Shown here: piece after piece, positions 38,717 to 48,647 of the stretch
Layout: each line of letters starts with the position of its first letter
How positions within the stretch are numbered: the first letter of the stretch is position 1
NCBI GenBank assembly: GCA_021795435.1
Contig: JAJYPJ010000002.1
Span: 33,595-97,594, forward strand
Source: Pseudomonadota bacterium
GTDB lineage: Bacteria; Pseudomonadota; Gammaproteobacteria; Xanthomonadales; Rhodanobacteraceae
Length of the DNA: 64,000 nt
Direction: 5' to 3'
Position numbers and translations under genes: made by a program
The notes under the pieces: generated by a model
Told to the model about the DNA's origin: nothing
Seen by the model: only the letters and a program-made list of their open reading frames with translations
Databases searched by the model: none

Positions 38717-39684
38717 GCGCGTCATGGCAAGGGCGGCGCGAGGGAGGCGGGTGGTTCGCGCTCTGGCTCATCCGTGGCATCGGGATTCGCCTTGGCCGCA
38801 TGCCCGCCCGGTTGCTGCTGTATCCAATCACCCTCTATTTTTTTGCGCGACGAGGCACGGAGCGGCGCGCATCGCGTGCGTATCTGCAGCAGTTGCTCGG
38901 GCGGCCGGCGCGCACCCGTGAGGTCCTTCGGCACTTCCATGCGTTTGCAGCAACCACACTGGATCGGGTCTTCTTCCTCGCGCACGGCGAGTGTGACTTC
39001 GACCTGCAAGTCAGTGGACTTGACGCACTTCTCGATGCGCTGGCTGATGGCCACGGAGCCCTGCTTCTGGGGGCGCATGTAGGCAGCTTCGAGGCGCTGC
39101 GCGTCCTTGCTGCGCGTGCTCCGGAGGTGCGATTGAGGCTCGTGCTTGACCGCGAGCAAACGCCCGCCCTGAATCGTCTGCTGGAGTCGTTGGCTCCAGC
39201 CCTGCGCCCGCAGGTGATCGACGCTGCCCAGGGGACGACAGCGGTCATGCTGAGCATGGTCGAAGCGGCTCACGAAGGCGCCCTGATCGCCGTCCTCGCT
39301 GATCGCGCGCGCGCGGGAGAAGCAACCGTCGATGCGCCACTGCTGGGACTGAGCGCGGCGTTTCCGATCGCGCCATGGCGCATCGCGGCGACGCTGGGCG
39401 TTCCTGTGGTGCTCGGGCTCGGCCTTTACCTTGGCGGCAACCGCTACCATTTGCGCTTCGAAAGCCTTGCCCGACGCGTGGCACTGCCACGCGAGGCATC
39501 CAAACGCATGCCGGTGCTCGCTGAATTGGTGGGCCAATACGCGGCGCGCATCGAGGCCCAATTGCGTGAACATCCATTCAACTGGTTCAATTTCTATGAC
39601 TTCTGGGCTGCGTCTTTCGACCAAGCTGCTCCTTCCGGCGATTCTGCTGATCAGTCCGCTGGTGTCGGCGGCGCCAGCGCCTGA
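38713..39684 (+). CDS. LpxL-like acyltransferase (aryl-polyene cluster type)
   Basis: W...REGGG N-terminus, GAHVGSFE, LADR, PFNWFNFYDFW; TTG start overlapping upstream stop. Confidence 0.85.
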   Translation: MSASWQGRREGGGWFALWLIRGIGIRLGRMPARLLLYPITLYFFARRGTERRASRAYLQQLLGRPARTREVLRHFHAFAATTLDRVFFLAHGECDFDLQVSGLDALLDALADGHGALLLGAHVGSFEALRVLAARAPEVRLRLVLDREQTPALNRLLESLAPALRPQVIDAAQGTTAVMLSMVEAAHEGALIAVLADRARAGEATVDAPLLGLSAAFPIAPWRIAATLGVPVVLGLGLYLGGNRYHLRFESLARRVALPREASKRMPVLAELVGQYAARIEAQLREHPFNWFNFYDFWAASFDQAAPSGDSADQSAGVGGASA

Positions 39685-40249
39685 GCATGCTGCCGCGCTG
39701 GTGCGATCGCTGGCCCGACCGGTGCCGGCGCAGACAGCGTATACGGAGGTGCGATTCATCGGGTTGCTGACAAGGCCTCTGGTGCTGCGCGGCGAAATGG
39801 CCTGGCTGGGCGGTGACCGACTCACGCGCAGCGTCGTCTCCCCCTATCCGGAAACGACTGCGATCAATGGCGATCAAGCGACCATCCAGCGCGGAACGGC
39901 CGCACCAAGGCACTTTTCGCTCGATCATGCGCCGGAACTCAGGGATTTGCTCGATGCGTTCGTGGCATTGCTCTCAGGCAATGCCCCGGCGCTGGAGCGG
40001 TCGTTCGAACTGCAGGCGTATGGCAATGCAGCCGCGTGGACGCTGGATCTCGTCCCGAGAAATGCCCGTATCGGCAAGCGCATCCGTGCAATCAGCATTG
40101 ATGGGCGCGGAACGGCAATGCGATGCATGCGCGTCGACCAAGGCGACGGCGATACCAGCTTTACGCTCATGGGCGCGCTGGGCTCCGTAGCTCTGCCGGC
40201 AAAGCCAACTCCTGCAGCGCTGGTGAGGCTGTGCGCGGGCGCGGGATGA
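39596..40249 (+). CDS. LolA-like lipid/lipoprotein carrier protein
   Basis: signal peptide, YTEVR...LTRPL...G, LTRSVVSPYPET, WTLDLVP; cluster context. Confidence 0.78.
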   Translation: MTSGLRLSTKLLLPAILLISPLVSAAPAPEHAAALVRSLARPVPAQTAYTEVRFIGLLTRPLVLRGEMAWLGGDRLTRSVVSPYPETTAINGDQATIQRGTAAPRHFSLDHAPELRDLLDAFVALLSGNAPALERSFELQAYGNAAAWTLDLVPRNARIGKRIRAISIDGRGTAMRCMRVDQGDGDTSFTLMGALGSVALPAKPTPAALVRLCAGAG

Positions 40250-42564
40250 ATTCGCGCCTTGCGCTGCTTGCCAGCTGGGTGCTCGCTCTGGCATTGCTTG
40301 GCGGGTACGCATTGGCGAAGCTGCGTGTAAGCGGCGATCTTCGCACGTTCCTTCCAGCCGCCCGCACACCCCTGCAGGGATTGCTCCTTCATGAGCTAGG
40401 TGATGGGTCGGGGGCGCGTACGTTGATTCTGGCCATTCGTACTTCCGACCCCGCACGGGCGGCGGTACTGAGCCGGGCGATGCATCGACGACTTCTTGCG
40501 GACGGCTATTTCAGGAGCGTGCAGAACGGGGAAGGGGGGCTTGGCCAGATCGCAGCGGGTTTGCTGCCCTATCGCTATTTGCTGTCATCGACACTGGACC
40601 ATCACCGGTTCGACGCAGCCTACCTCCGCGACCAGCTGGAAAAGCGGCTCGATGACCTTGGGTCGCCAGGGGCCAGTCTCCTCAAGCCGCTGCTGCCGTC
40701 CGATCCGACGCTCGAGACGGTCAAGATCGCGGAGTCCTGGGCGCCGCAAGGGTCACCGCCACTACGGGACGGGGTGTGGTACGCGCACGGAGCTGCCTTG
40801 CTTTTGCTGGAAACGAACGCCGGCGGATTCGACCCTGCCGCGCAAGCAGTCGCGGTGGAGTCGATCCGCCATGCCTATGCCGGCACACCAGGCCATGCAC
40901 AGGCGACGCTTGAAATCAGTGGGCCCGGTTACTTTGGCGTGCAAATCCAGCGGTTGACACGCGACAGTGCGGAGCGCTTGGGCGCCTTGTCCGCGATCGG
41001 CCTCATGCTGCTATTGCTGATGGCCTATGGACGCGTGCGCGAGTCCCTTGTGGCTGCGTTGCCGCTTGCAACGGCGGCCGTCGCAGGTGCGACGATGCTG
41101 GCGCTTGTATACGGACGAGTCCATGGCCTGACGCTCGCTTTTGGCGTCACGTTGCTTGGCGTTGCGCAGGAATATCCCCTGCGGCTGCTCAGTCATCGCC
41201 GAGCTGGCGAGGATGCCCGTGCGACCGCGCGTGCATTGGGCCCCGTGCTTTTGCTGGCCATGGCCTCGACGCTCGTTGCCTATTTCGCATTTTTTGCCGC
41301 CGGCGTGGCCGGCCTGGCACAGCTCGCTCTGTTCACGCTTACAGGGATCCTTGCCGCAGGTACCAGTACGCGGTGGCTGTTGCCGGCATTGGTGCCGCCG
41401 GTTCGTCACGATGCCGGCCTGTCCCCGTGGCTGGGCTGTCTTGCAGGCCGGCTCCGCCGATTGCCGTCTCCCGTCATGCCCAGTCTGCTGCTGGGTACGG
41501 CCGCCCTGCTGGCCGCTATGCTAGTGCCAGCGCCTTGGTGGCAAAGCAACCTTGCTAAGCTCGCCCCGGTTCCAACCAGCCTGCTCAGGCGCGAGGCTGC
41601 TTTGCGCAAGGCGCTGGGGGCGCCCGATGTTCGATATCTGCTGGTTCTCGAGGGCACCAGTGCCCAGGATGTTCTCGAACGCAGTGCGCGTGCCGCCAAA
41701 GCCTTCGCCCCGCTGCTGCAGTCAGGGCAATTGGGCAAGCTCCAGTTGCCCAGCACGTACCTGCCACCGGTTGCAGTCCAGCGCGCGCGCCAGGCACGAC
41801 TGCCCGACACCGCAACGCTGCGCGCGGCGTTGACGAAGGCGCTGGCCGGGCTTCCATTCCAGCCGGGCCTGTTCAAGCCCTTCGAACAGGACGTCGCGCG
41901 CGCACGCACGCTCCCACCGCTCACCCCTTCGAAATTCGAGCGCTCGCCTTTGGGCGGTTTGCTACGCGCCATGCTGATCCATCGCGACGGGCACTGGTTT
42001 GGCGTGGGCCTGATGAGTGGCGTCCGCAACCCTTCCGCAGTCGCGAAATTGGCCGCGGCAACCTCGGGTCGAATCCACCTCGTTGATCTGAAGACCGAGA
42101 GCGAGCATTGGGTAGCCAGCTACCGCACGCGAATTCTGCATGCGTTGGCGGGCGCGGCGACGCTGCTCGTCTTGTTGGTCGCGTTAGGCCTTCGTCACGC
42201 TCGGTCTGCACTGCGGGTGCTGTCAGCGGTCCTGCTTGCCCAGATGCTGACGGTTGCGGCATTGCGGCTCATCGCGGGCTCCCTCAGCCTGTTTCATCTG
42301 GTCGCCCTGCTTCTAGCGGCTGGGCTGGGCTTGCATTACGCGTTGTTCTTCGAACGAGCGCGGACAGCCGATGAGCCCGAACGCCTGCGCACCTTGCATG
42401 CCACGTTGACTTGCGCCGCGTCCACCCTGCTGGCCTTCGGACTCTATGCGCTCGCCCCCATACCGGTGCTTCGTGCGCTCGGCTTGACGGTTGCGCTGGG
42501 CATCGCGGCGAACCTTATTGCGGCCATGCTTCTGACCTGGCCCCGGAAGACACCGTCGTGCTGA
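40246..42564 (+). CDS. MMPL/RND-like exporter
   Basis: DLRTFLP, two periplasmic loops and two TM bundles, AFGVTLLGVAQEYP, LSLFHLVALLL..GLGLHYALFF. Confidence 0.87.
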   Translation: MNSRLALLASWVLALALLGGYALAKLRVSGDLRTFLPAARTPLQGLLLHELGDGSGARTLILAIRTSDPARAAVLSRAMHRRLLADGYFRSVQNGEGGLGQIAAGLLPYRYLLSSTLDHHRFDAAYLRDQLEKRLDDLGSPGASLLKPLLPSDPTLETVKIAESWAPQGSPPLRDGVWYAHGAALLLLETNAGGFDPAAQAVAVESIRHAYAGTPGHAQATLEISGPGYFGVQIQRLTRDSAERLGALSAIGLMLLLLMAYGRVRESLVAALPLATAAVAGATMLALVYGRVHGLTLAFGVTLLGVAQEYPLRLLSHRRAGEDARATARALGPVLLLAMASTLVAYFAFFAAGVAGLAQLALFTLTGILAAGTSTRWLLPALVPPVRHDAGLSPWLGCLAGRLRRLPSPVMPSLLLGTAALLAAMLVPAPWWQSNLAKLAPVPTSLLRREAALRKALGAPDVRYLLVLEGTSAQDVLERSARAAKAFAPLLQSGQLGKLQLPSTYLPPVAVQRARQARLPDTATLRAALTKALAGLPFQPGLFKPFEQDVARARTLPPLTPSKFERSPLGGLLRAMLIHRDGHWFGVGLMSGVRNPSAVAKLAAATSGRIHLVDLKTESEHWVASYRTRILHALAGAATLLVLLVALGLRHARSALRVLSAVLLAQMLTVAALRLIAGSLSLFHLVALLLAAGLGLHYALFFERARTADEPERLRTLHATLTCAASTLLAFGLYALAPIPVLRALGLTVALGIAANLIAAMLLTWPRKTPSC

Positions 42565-42992
42565 CTCGCGCCGACTGGATGTCGCAGATCGCGCATGCCG
42601 GGTCGATGGCCTTGATCGCGCGCGTACCGAGGTGGGACGCAAACGGGCTGGAGGCCGTAGCCGACGCACCCGGCTCCTCGCATCCCCTGTTGCGGTCGGG
42701 ACGCCTCCATGCCGTCCACGCGTGCGAGTACGGTGCACAGGCGGCAGCCATTCATGGCGCGCTCCTTGCGCGATCGGCGCAGAGACGTTGTGAGGCCGGC
42801 GGCCTGCTGGCCGCCTTGCGCGAGGTACGGCTCGGGTCGCCGTGGATCGCCCTCACGCAGCCACTGGAGATCCATGCTTGTCGGTACGCTGCATTGCCGA
42901 CGGCCATGCAGTACACCTTTGAGGTGTGGCAAGGTGAAACGCCCATAGCCAGCGGCCGAATCCTGATTGCTTTGCCAACCGCAGCGCCATGA
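42558..42992 (+). CDS. hotdog-fold 3-hydroxyacyl-ACP dehydratase-like protein
   Basis: IAHAGSM, HPL, EYGAQAAAIHG, GLLAALR; GTG start overlapping MMPL stop. Confidence 0.8.
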   Translation: MLTRADWMSQIAHAGSMALIARVPRWDANGLEAVADAPGSSHPLLRSGRLHAVHACEYGAQAAAIHGALLARSAQRRCEAGGLLAALREVRLGSPWIALTQPLEIHACRYAALPTAMQYTFEVWQGETPIASGRILIALPTAAP

Positions 42993-43726
42993 ACGAAAGA
43001 GATGCCCCGCGACGAGTGCTGATCACGGGCGCCAGCGGCGCGCTCGGCGCTGCCTGTGCCGAGGCGCTGGCAGCGCAGGGGTGGTCCCTCCTGCTTCACG
43101 CGCATCACGGCGTTGGGCAGACGCAGGCCCTAGCCGAGTCCCTGCGCAAGACCGGCGTACGGGCCGAAGCGGTTTCATGCGATCTAATGGACAACGCATC
43201 GACCGGTCGCATGCTGGAGCGCATTTTGGACGAGGGCCCCGTCACAGGCCTCGTTCATGCCGCGGGAGCCCATGACGATGCCCCGCTTGCGGGCATGCGC
43301 GCAGAGCAATGGTCACGGGTAATCGAGCTCAATCTCAATGCGATTTATCGGCTCGGCCAACCCCTGCTATTGCCCATGGCGCGGGCGCGCTTCGGCCGGA
43401 TTGTGCTGCTTGGCTCGGTGACCGCACGGCTGGGCAACCGTGGCCAAGTCAACTACGCGGCCGCCAAGGCTGGTCTGGAAGGCGCCGCCCGCGCACTGGC
43501 GCGCGAGATGGCGAGCCGCGGCGTCACAGTCAACGTCGTGGCACCCGGCATCATCGTTTCGCCGATGGCGCAGGCGGCCTTTGACGATGCTGACGTCCGC
43601 GCACTGGTGCCTGCCCAGCGGGCAGGGACCCCTTTGGAAGTGGCTTCCCTTGTTGCGTTCCTCTGCTCCGATGCGGCCGGCTACATCAACGGACAGACGA
43701 TTGGCATCAACGGCGGCATGGGCTGA
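42989..43726 (+). CDS. fabG: 3-oxoacyl-ACP reductase (SDR)
   Basis: ITGASGALG, GNRGQVNYAAAK, VNVVAPG, YINGQTIGINGGM. Confidence 0.9.
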   Translation: MNERDAPRRVLITGASGALGAACAEALAAQGWSLLLHAHHGVGQTQALAESLRKTGVRAEAVSCDLMDNASTGRMLERILDEGPVTGLVHAAGAHDDAPLAGMRAEQWSRVIELNLNAIYRLGQPLLLPMARARFGRIVLLGSVTARLGNRGQVNYAAAKAGLEGAARALAREMASRGVTVNVVAPGIIVSPMAQAAFDDADVRALVPAQRAGTPLEVASLVAFLCSDAAGYINGQTIGINGGMG

Positions 43727-43873
43727 CGATCCGAGCCCGTCGCGTGCCCGCACCCGGCGGGGCACGCCTTACACCGACATCACAAATGCCTGTGGACTTC
43801 GCCAGTCCACTGCAATGGCACCGCCATGCCCGACGCACAGCATGAAGGGACTGTCCCCTCACTGAGAGTCAAC

Positions 43874-46237
43874 ATGACCAGTTCCCTCCCGCGTCTGCAC
43901 GTTCGGCGTCCGCTCTCGCTGGCCATCACCCTCGCATTGAGCCTACCCACGGCCCACGCTGCCGGGTCGGGACCGAGGCCCAGCGTCCAGTCCGCGGAGC
44001 AATTGCAGCGTATCGTGGTCAAAGGCAAGGCGGTCGCGCCCAGCGGGGTCGAGCGGCGCAATCTGGGCAATCGTGCGCTTTTCGAGTCGGCCTTGGGCGA
44101 CAAGGTGTTGAATCGAGACCAAATCGCCGCCGCAGGACCCGTGGCCGGCGCGGCCCAGGCGCTCGCCTATGCACCCGGTGTCGCCGTCAGCAGCTATGGC
44201 GCAACGGGCAGTACGAAATATCAAATCAGCATCAACGGGATCAAGCAAGGCTGGGGCGGCTTTTCGGGCGGGACCATTGACGATGGCAGTGTAGGCGTCA
44301 GCTTCGATGGCGTCCCGATGGCCAATCCCGTGACCGGACTCTGGCAATCCTCGTTGCTGCCGCAGATGGGCATGATTGCGGGCATCCGGCTCACATATGG
44401 TCCAGGCGACCCCGTCGACCGCTGGTTCAACAACATCGGTGGCGGAATCGCTTTTGTACCCCTGCAGCCGGAAGCGACGCCGGGAGGGAGCCTGAAGCTG
44501 ACCTACGGCAGCGATAACACGCGCAATCTCTTCTTCAGCGCACAGACGGGCACGCTAGGCGGCTGGGAGACGGTGCTCGCTGGCGGCGTGGGAGAGGCGG
44601 ACAACTTCCGCCGCTCGCCCGACGGCTACGCGTGGCCGAGCAAGAACTTTGCAGCCTATCTCAAGACCCGGAAGACGTTCGCGGATGGCAGTGTCAGTTT
44701 CGGCGGCTATGTCGGCAGCGGGCATGGCTGGCGGCCAACACCCATCCCGGTTGCACCCGTGCCCGGACTCACGGTCAATGGCCAGGACGCCAACGGCAAC
44801 CCCATCCCGGGCCCGCTGCTGAGCCAACAGACGACCGGCTTCTACAGCGCGGTCAACGAAAACGTGTGGGCTAAGAACGACTACAACCGCGCATGGCTGC
44901 TGTATGCCCGTCAGAACCTCCGACTTGACGACAGCACCACGCTTCACAACCTGCTCTGGTACCGCAAAGGCAACCGCCTTCACAAGCATTTCAACAATTG
45001 GGTGGCCGGTGCCAGCAACCTCTATGAGTACAACAATCCCTACACGAAGAGCTACGGTGACAAACTCTGGGCCGAACTGGACTTGCCCTACAACGACATC
45101 GCTCTGGGCGGCTACGTGATCAACAGCACGTACAACTCCCGAAATGCTTTCTACAGCCCCTTGCCGCCATATTTCGGCTCGTACCTTGTGCCGAATGACC
45201 ACTACCGAAGCGACTACTGGTACGTGACCAATCTGGCTGCCTTCGTGCAGGACGCGATCACGCCGCTCCATGGGCTCCGCATCACCCCCGGTCTGCGCGC
45301 GGTTAGTTTTCACACGGACTACTATCCCCGCGGCAACGTGGACTTTGCCCAGGCCTACGCGCTCTACCCGCAGAATGATCAGGGCAAGCTCCCAGCCACC
45401 AGCACCAATTACGACCGACTTGAGCCGTCCTTGAGCGTGCGCTGGCAGCCCCTCCGCTGGCTCGCGCTCTATGGCAACTGGTCGGTTGCGTACCGGCTAC
45501 CGCAAGTAGGCGGCGGCGGCGGCCTGTACCAGAAGCAACCCGTGGGGGGCGATATTCTTGAACGCGGCCTGGAGTGGCAGACGGGCATCAAGGCCCACTG
45601 GGCGACAGTGGCCGCGTTCCGAGACGTGCTCATCAACGTCAACTACTTCCACTTGCACTTCAGCAACCAGTTCATCGGCGTCTCCAGTGGCAATGGCCAG
45701 TTCCTGGGCCTCGGCACCGGCGATTCGATATACCGCGGCGTGAATCTGAGTGGGGAAGGTGCCCTCGGCAACGCGAAAATCTATGCCAATGCCAGCTTCG
45801 AGCACGCGCGTTTCAATCATTACGCCTTCAACGGTACCAACTACAACGGTCTGCCCGTCTCCTATGTCCCGGACACGACGTTCAACGCCGGGGTGGCATG
45901 GCGTGCACCGATGGGCGATGGCGTCGTTCTGATGCCTCGCGCTTGGTGGCAGTACGTCGGGACCCAGCACGTTTTTGACAACAACGCGGGGGCGCCGAGT
46001 GAGCAAACCATGCCATCCTACGGTTTGCTGAACGTTGCGGTGGCTGCCGCGCTGCCCCGCGCATGGGGGGACGACGTGCGCGTGGAAGTCGAGCTCCTCA
46101 ATGCCCTGGGCAAGCAGTACAACGCATTTGAGGAGATATCTGCCGGCGGCCTCTATGCCACGCCCGTGGCCGGTTACACGCTGGCATTGCCCGGCACGCC
46201 GAGAGTGATCTACGGGTCGCTGGAACTTCGCTTCTGA
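43874..46237 (+). CDS. TonB-dependent outer membrane receptor
   Basis: signal peptide, TonB-box-like LQRIVVKG, plug (APGV, ISING, FDGVP, YGPG), N.LGKQY and PGTPR..YGSLELRF C-terminal Phe strand. Confidence 0.9.
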   Translation: MTSSLPRLHVRRPLSLAITLALSLPTAHAAGSGPRPSVQSAEQLQRIVVKGKAVAPSGVERRNLGNRALFESALGDKVLNRDQIAAAGPVAGAAQALAYAPGVAVSSYGATGSTKYQISINGIKQGWGGFSGGTIDDGSVGVSFDGVPMANPVTGLWQSSLLPQMGMIAGIRLTYGPGDPVDRWFNNIGGGIAFVPLQPEATPGGSLKLTYGSDNTRNLFFSAQTGTLGGWETVLAGGVGEADNFRRSPDGYAWPSKNFAAYLKTRKTFADGSVSFGGYVGSGHGWRPTPIPVAPVPGLTVNGQDANGNPIPGPLLSQQTTGFYSAVNENVWAKNDYNRAWLLYARQNLRLDDSTTLHNLLWYRKGNRLHKHFNNWVAGASNLYEYNNPYTKSYGDKLWAELDLPYNDIALGGYVINSTYNSRNAFYSPLPPYFGSYLVPNDHYRSDYWYVTNLAAFVQDAITPLHGLRITPGLRAVSFHTDYYPRGNVDFAQAYALYPQNDQGKLPATSTNYDRLEPSLSVRWQPLRWLALYGNWSVAYRLPQVGGGGGLYQKQPVGGDILERGLEWQTGIKAHWATVAAFRDVLINVNYFHLHFSNQFIGVSSGNGQFLGLGTGDSIYRGVNLSGEGALGNAKIYANASFEHARFNHYAFNGTNYNGLPVSYVPDTTFNAGVAWRAPMGDGVVLMPRAWWQYVGTQHVFDNNAGAPSEQTMPSYGLLNVAVAAALPRAWGDDVRVEVELLNALGKQYNAFEEISAGGLYATPVAGYTLALPGTPRVIYGSLELRF

Positions 46238-46262
46238 AGCCTCTCGCTGCGGGCGCCAGCAC

Positions 46263-48131
46263 TCAGGCTGCGCGCCCGCGACGTTTCAGGTGGACCAGCA
46301 GTAATGCAATCGCGGCCGGCGTCACGCCGCTGATGCGTCCAGCCTGCCCAATGGTTTGCGGCCGGATCTGGCTCAACTTGGCGGTGACCTCGGCGGACAG
46401 ACCACGCACGTCATCGTACGTAAAGTCCTTCGGAATGGGCATGTCCGCCTGCCGCCGAACGCGTTCGCTCTCCTCGCGCTGGCGATCAAGGTAACCGGCA
46501 TAGCGCGCCTGCACGTCGATTTGCATGGCAACCCCGGCGTCGTTGACGCCTGGCCCAAATCCCTCGATCCCCATCAACTCCACATAGTTCAGCTCGGGTC
46601 TCCGCAGCAGATCCAAGGCCGTGGTGTCGCGAGTCAATGGAATGGCGTACCCCGCCAGCGCGACACCAAGGACATTGCCTGGACTCACGCGGAGCGCCGA
46701 CAGCCGGGCCTTCTCGCCCTCGATGGCTTCTCGCTTGCGCATGGTCTGCGCGTGTCGCTGCTTGTCGATCAAACCCAAGGACAAGGCCACGTCGGCGAGG
46801 CGCAAGTCCGCATTGTCCTCGCGCAAATGCAGTCGATGTTCGGCCCGAGAGGTGAACATGCGATAGGGCTCGCCCGTGCCAAGGGTCACCAGATCGTCAA
46901 TCAGCACACCCATGTAAGCCTCATCCCGGCCAGGCGACCAAGGCATTTGCCCTTGCGCCAACCGCGCGGCATTCACGCCGGCCACGAGCCCTTGCGCCGC
47001 AGCCTCTTCGTAGCCCGTCGTCCCATTGATCTGTCCGGCGAAGAAGAGGCCCTCGATGGCTTTGCACTGCAGCGATGGCCAGAGTCCACGCGGGTCAAAG
47101 TAATCGTATTCGATGGCGTAGCCCGGTCGCGTGATCTCGGCGTGTTCCAGCCCCGGAATGCTGCGCACCAGGGCGAGCTGCGCATCAAAGGGCAACGACG
47201 TGGAAATGCCGTTGGGATAAAGCTCGCCGCTCTCCAGGCCTTCGGGTTCAATGAAAATCTGATGCCGATCCCGATCCGCGAATCGGGTGACCTTGTCTTC
47301 GATGGAAGGGCAGTAACGAGGACCCACGCCTTCGATGCGACCGGTATAGAGCGGTGACCGGTCCAACGCGGACCGAATGATGGCGTGGGTTTCCGGGCGC
47401 GTATGCGTGATGTAGCAAGAGACTTGGCGGGGTGGGGGTGTCGGCCGCCCCTCCAACGCGAAGCAGGGCAACGGTGAATCGCCTGGCTGCGGAGTCATCA
47501 CGCCAAAATCAACGGTACGGGCATCCAGGCGTGGCGGCGTGCCGGTTTTGAGCCGGCCCACGCCAGGCGCCAATTCACGCAGCCGCTCCGCGAGGCGCTG
47601 CGCAGGGGCCTCTCCCGCTCGACCACCACCCTGCTGTTCAAGACCAACGTGGATGCGGCCAGCCAGGAACGTTCCGGCGGTAAGCACCACGCTGCGACCG
47701 TGAAAGTCCATGCCCATGGCCGCGCGCACGCCAATCGCCCGACCATGGTCCAACAGGACGTCTTCAACCGACGTCTGGAAGATGCGCAAATTCGGAGTGC
47801 CTTCGAGCACACGCCGGACATGGGCTTTGTAGAGCGCCCGATCAGCCTGGCAACGCGTCGCCCGCACGGCGGGTCCCTTGGACGCATTGAGGGTACGCCA
47901 GTGTATGCCCGCGGCGTCGGCCGCCCGTCCCATCAGCCCGCCCATCGCCTCAATTTCGCGCACCAGGTGGCCCTTGCCGATGCCGCCGATCGCTGGATTG
48001 CAGCTCATCTGGCCCAGCGTCTCGATGTTGTGCGTAAGCAGGAGCGTACGCGCGCCGGAGCGCGCCGCAGCAAGCGCGGCTTCGCTACCGGCGTGACCAC
48101 CACCAACCACGATCACGTCAAAGACGTTCAT
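46263..48131 (-). CDS. mnmG: tRNA uridine-5-carboxymethylaminomethyl(34) synthesis enzyme MnmG (GidA)
   Basis: [67 protein letters not shown]. Confidence 0.98.
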   Translation of the reverse strand: MNVFDVIVVGGGHAGSEAALAAARSGARTLLLTHNIETLGQMSCNPAIGGIGKGHLVREIEAMGGLMGRAADAAGIHWRTLNASKGPAVRATRCQADRALYKAHVRRVLEGTPNLRIFQTSVEDVLLDHGRAIGVRAAMGMDFHGRSVVLTAGTFLAGRIHVGLEQQGGGRAGEAPAQRLAERLRELAPGVGRLKTGTPPRLDARTVDFGVMTPQPGDSPLPCFALEGRPTPPPRQVSCYITHTRPETHAIIRSALDRSPLYTGRIEGVGPRYCPSIEDKVTRFADRDRHQIFIEPEGLESGELYPNGISTSLPFDAQLALVRSIPGLEHAEITRPGYAIEYDYFDPRGLWPSLQCKAIEGLFFAGQINGTTGYEEAAAQGLVAGVNAARLAQGQMPWSPGRDEAYMGVLIDDLVTLGTGEPYRMFTSRAEHRLHLREDNADLRLADVALSLGLIDKQRHAQTMRKREAIEGEKARLSALRVSPGNVLGVALAGYAIPLTRDTTALDLLRRPELNYVELMGIEGFGPGVNDAGVAMQIDVQARYAGYLDRQREESERVRRQADMPIPKDFTYDDVRGLSAEVTAKLSQIRPQTIGQAGRISGVTPAAIALLLVHLKRRGRAA

Positions 48132-48389
48132 TGCGCTTCACCTATCACAAGCGGGGCATTGGGCTGGCGCGGAGCGGATGCCACCATCCACTCCCAGGCG
48201 CTTTGATTCTTCTTCGTGGACCTGACGCACGCGGAACACATTGCAGCGAAGCCTTCCTCGGCGAGCGATCCGCCAGCCCGTCCCCCATGGCTGCACCCAA
48301 CGACCCGGCATTCCCCGACCGGCACCGGCCAGTGGCGCCCGGCCCACGAGGCCCGTTCATGGCATGGAACCTGCTGCACCATTGTCGCA

Positions 48390-48493
48390 CTTCCGTTCCG
48401 CAACGCGTTCGCGAGCACGCCTAGACCGGAATTCAGGGGCCGGTCGCGCGGGAATGGAAGGAAGCACCGGCCCGGGCTTGCCCGGGCCGTTTT
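48390..48493 (+). ncRNA. candidate structured small RNA (three-way junction plus terminator)
   Basis: CTTCCGTTCC (48390-99) pairs GGAATGGAAG (48451-60); internal hairpins GCGT..GCGA..ACGC (48405-20) and GACCGG/CCGGTC (48424-45); terminator follows; no convincing ORF. Confidence 0.5.
48468..48493 (+). terminator. intrinsic terminator
   Basis: CGGCCCGGG-CTTG-CCCGGGCCG followed by TTTT; no plus-strand gene immediately upstream. Confidence 0.7.
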
Positions 48494-48542
48494 CGTTGTG
48501 GCAAGGCGGTTGCCCGCTGCGCGGACGGGCCCAAGGGAAGAT

Positions 48543-48603
48543 CTGGCGCCCGGCGGTCACAGGAACAGGGGGAATCCAGGATGACCTTGATGCCGGGCGC
48601 CAG
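48543..48603. repeat. long hairpin (12 bp + 5 bp stems) with purine-rich loop on the plus strand
   Basis: CTGGCGCCCGGC/GCCGGGCGCCAG perfect IR enclosing GGTCA/TGACC and loop CAGGAACAGGGGGAATCCAGGA. Confidence 0.75.
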
Positions 48604-48629
48604 AAACGCTGCAATTCGACTGGGCGGCG

Positions 48630-48647
48630 TGTAACACCCTGTAACAC
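48630..48647. promoter_or_regulatory. direct repeat, OmpR/PhoB-family regulator-like site
   Basis: TGTAACAC-CC-TGTAACAC, 10 bp period (GTAAC-N5-GTAAC). Confidence 0.45.

Noticed and set aside
43730-43873. Cobalamin or TPP riboswitch before the TonB-dependent receptor
   Set aside because: No B12 box or TPP consensus; only one short hairpin.
48451-48467. SRP (4.5S) RNA because of GGAAGGAAGCA
   Set aside because: The upstream CAGGTCC half of the conserved helix is missing and the long SRP stem cannot be formed.
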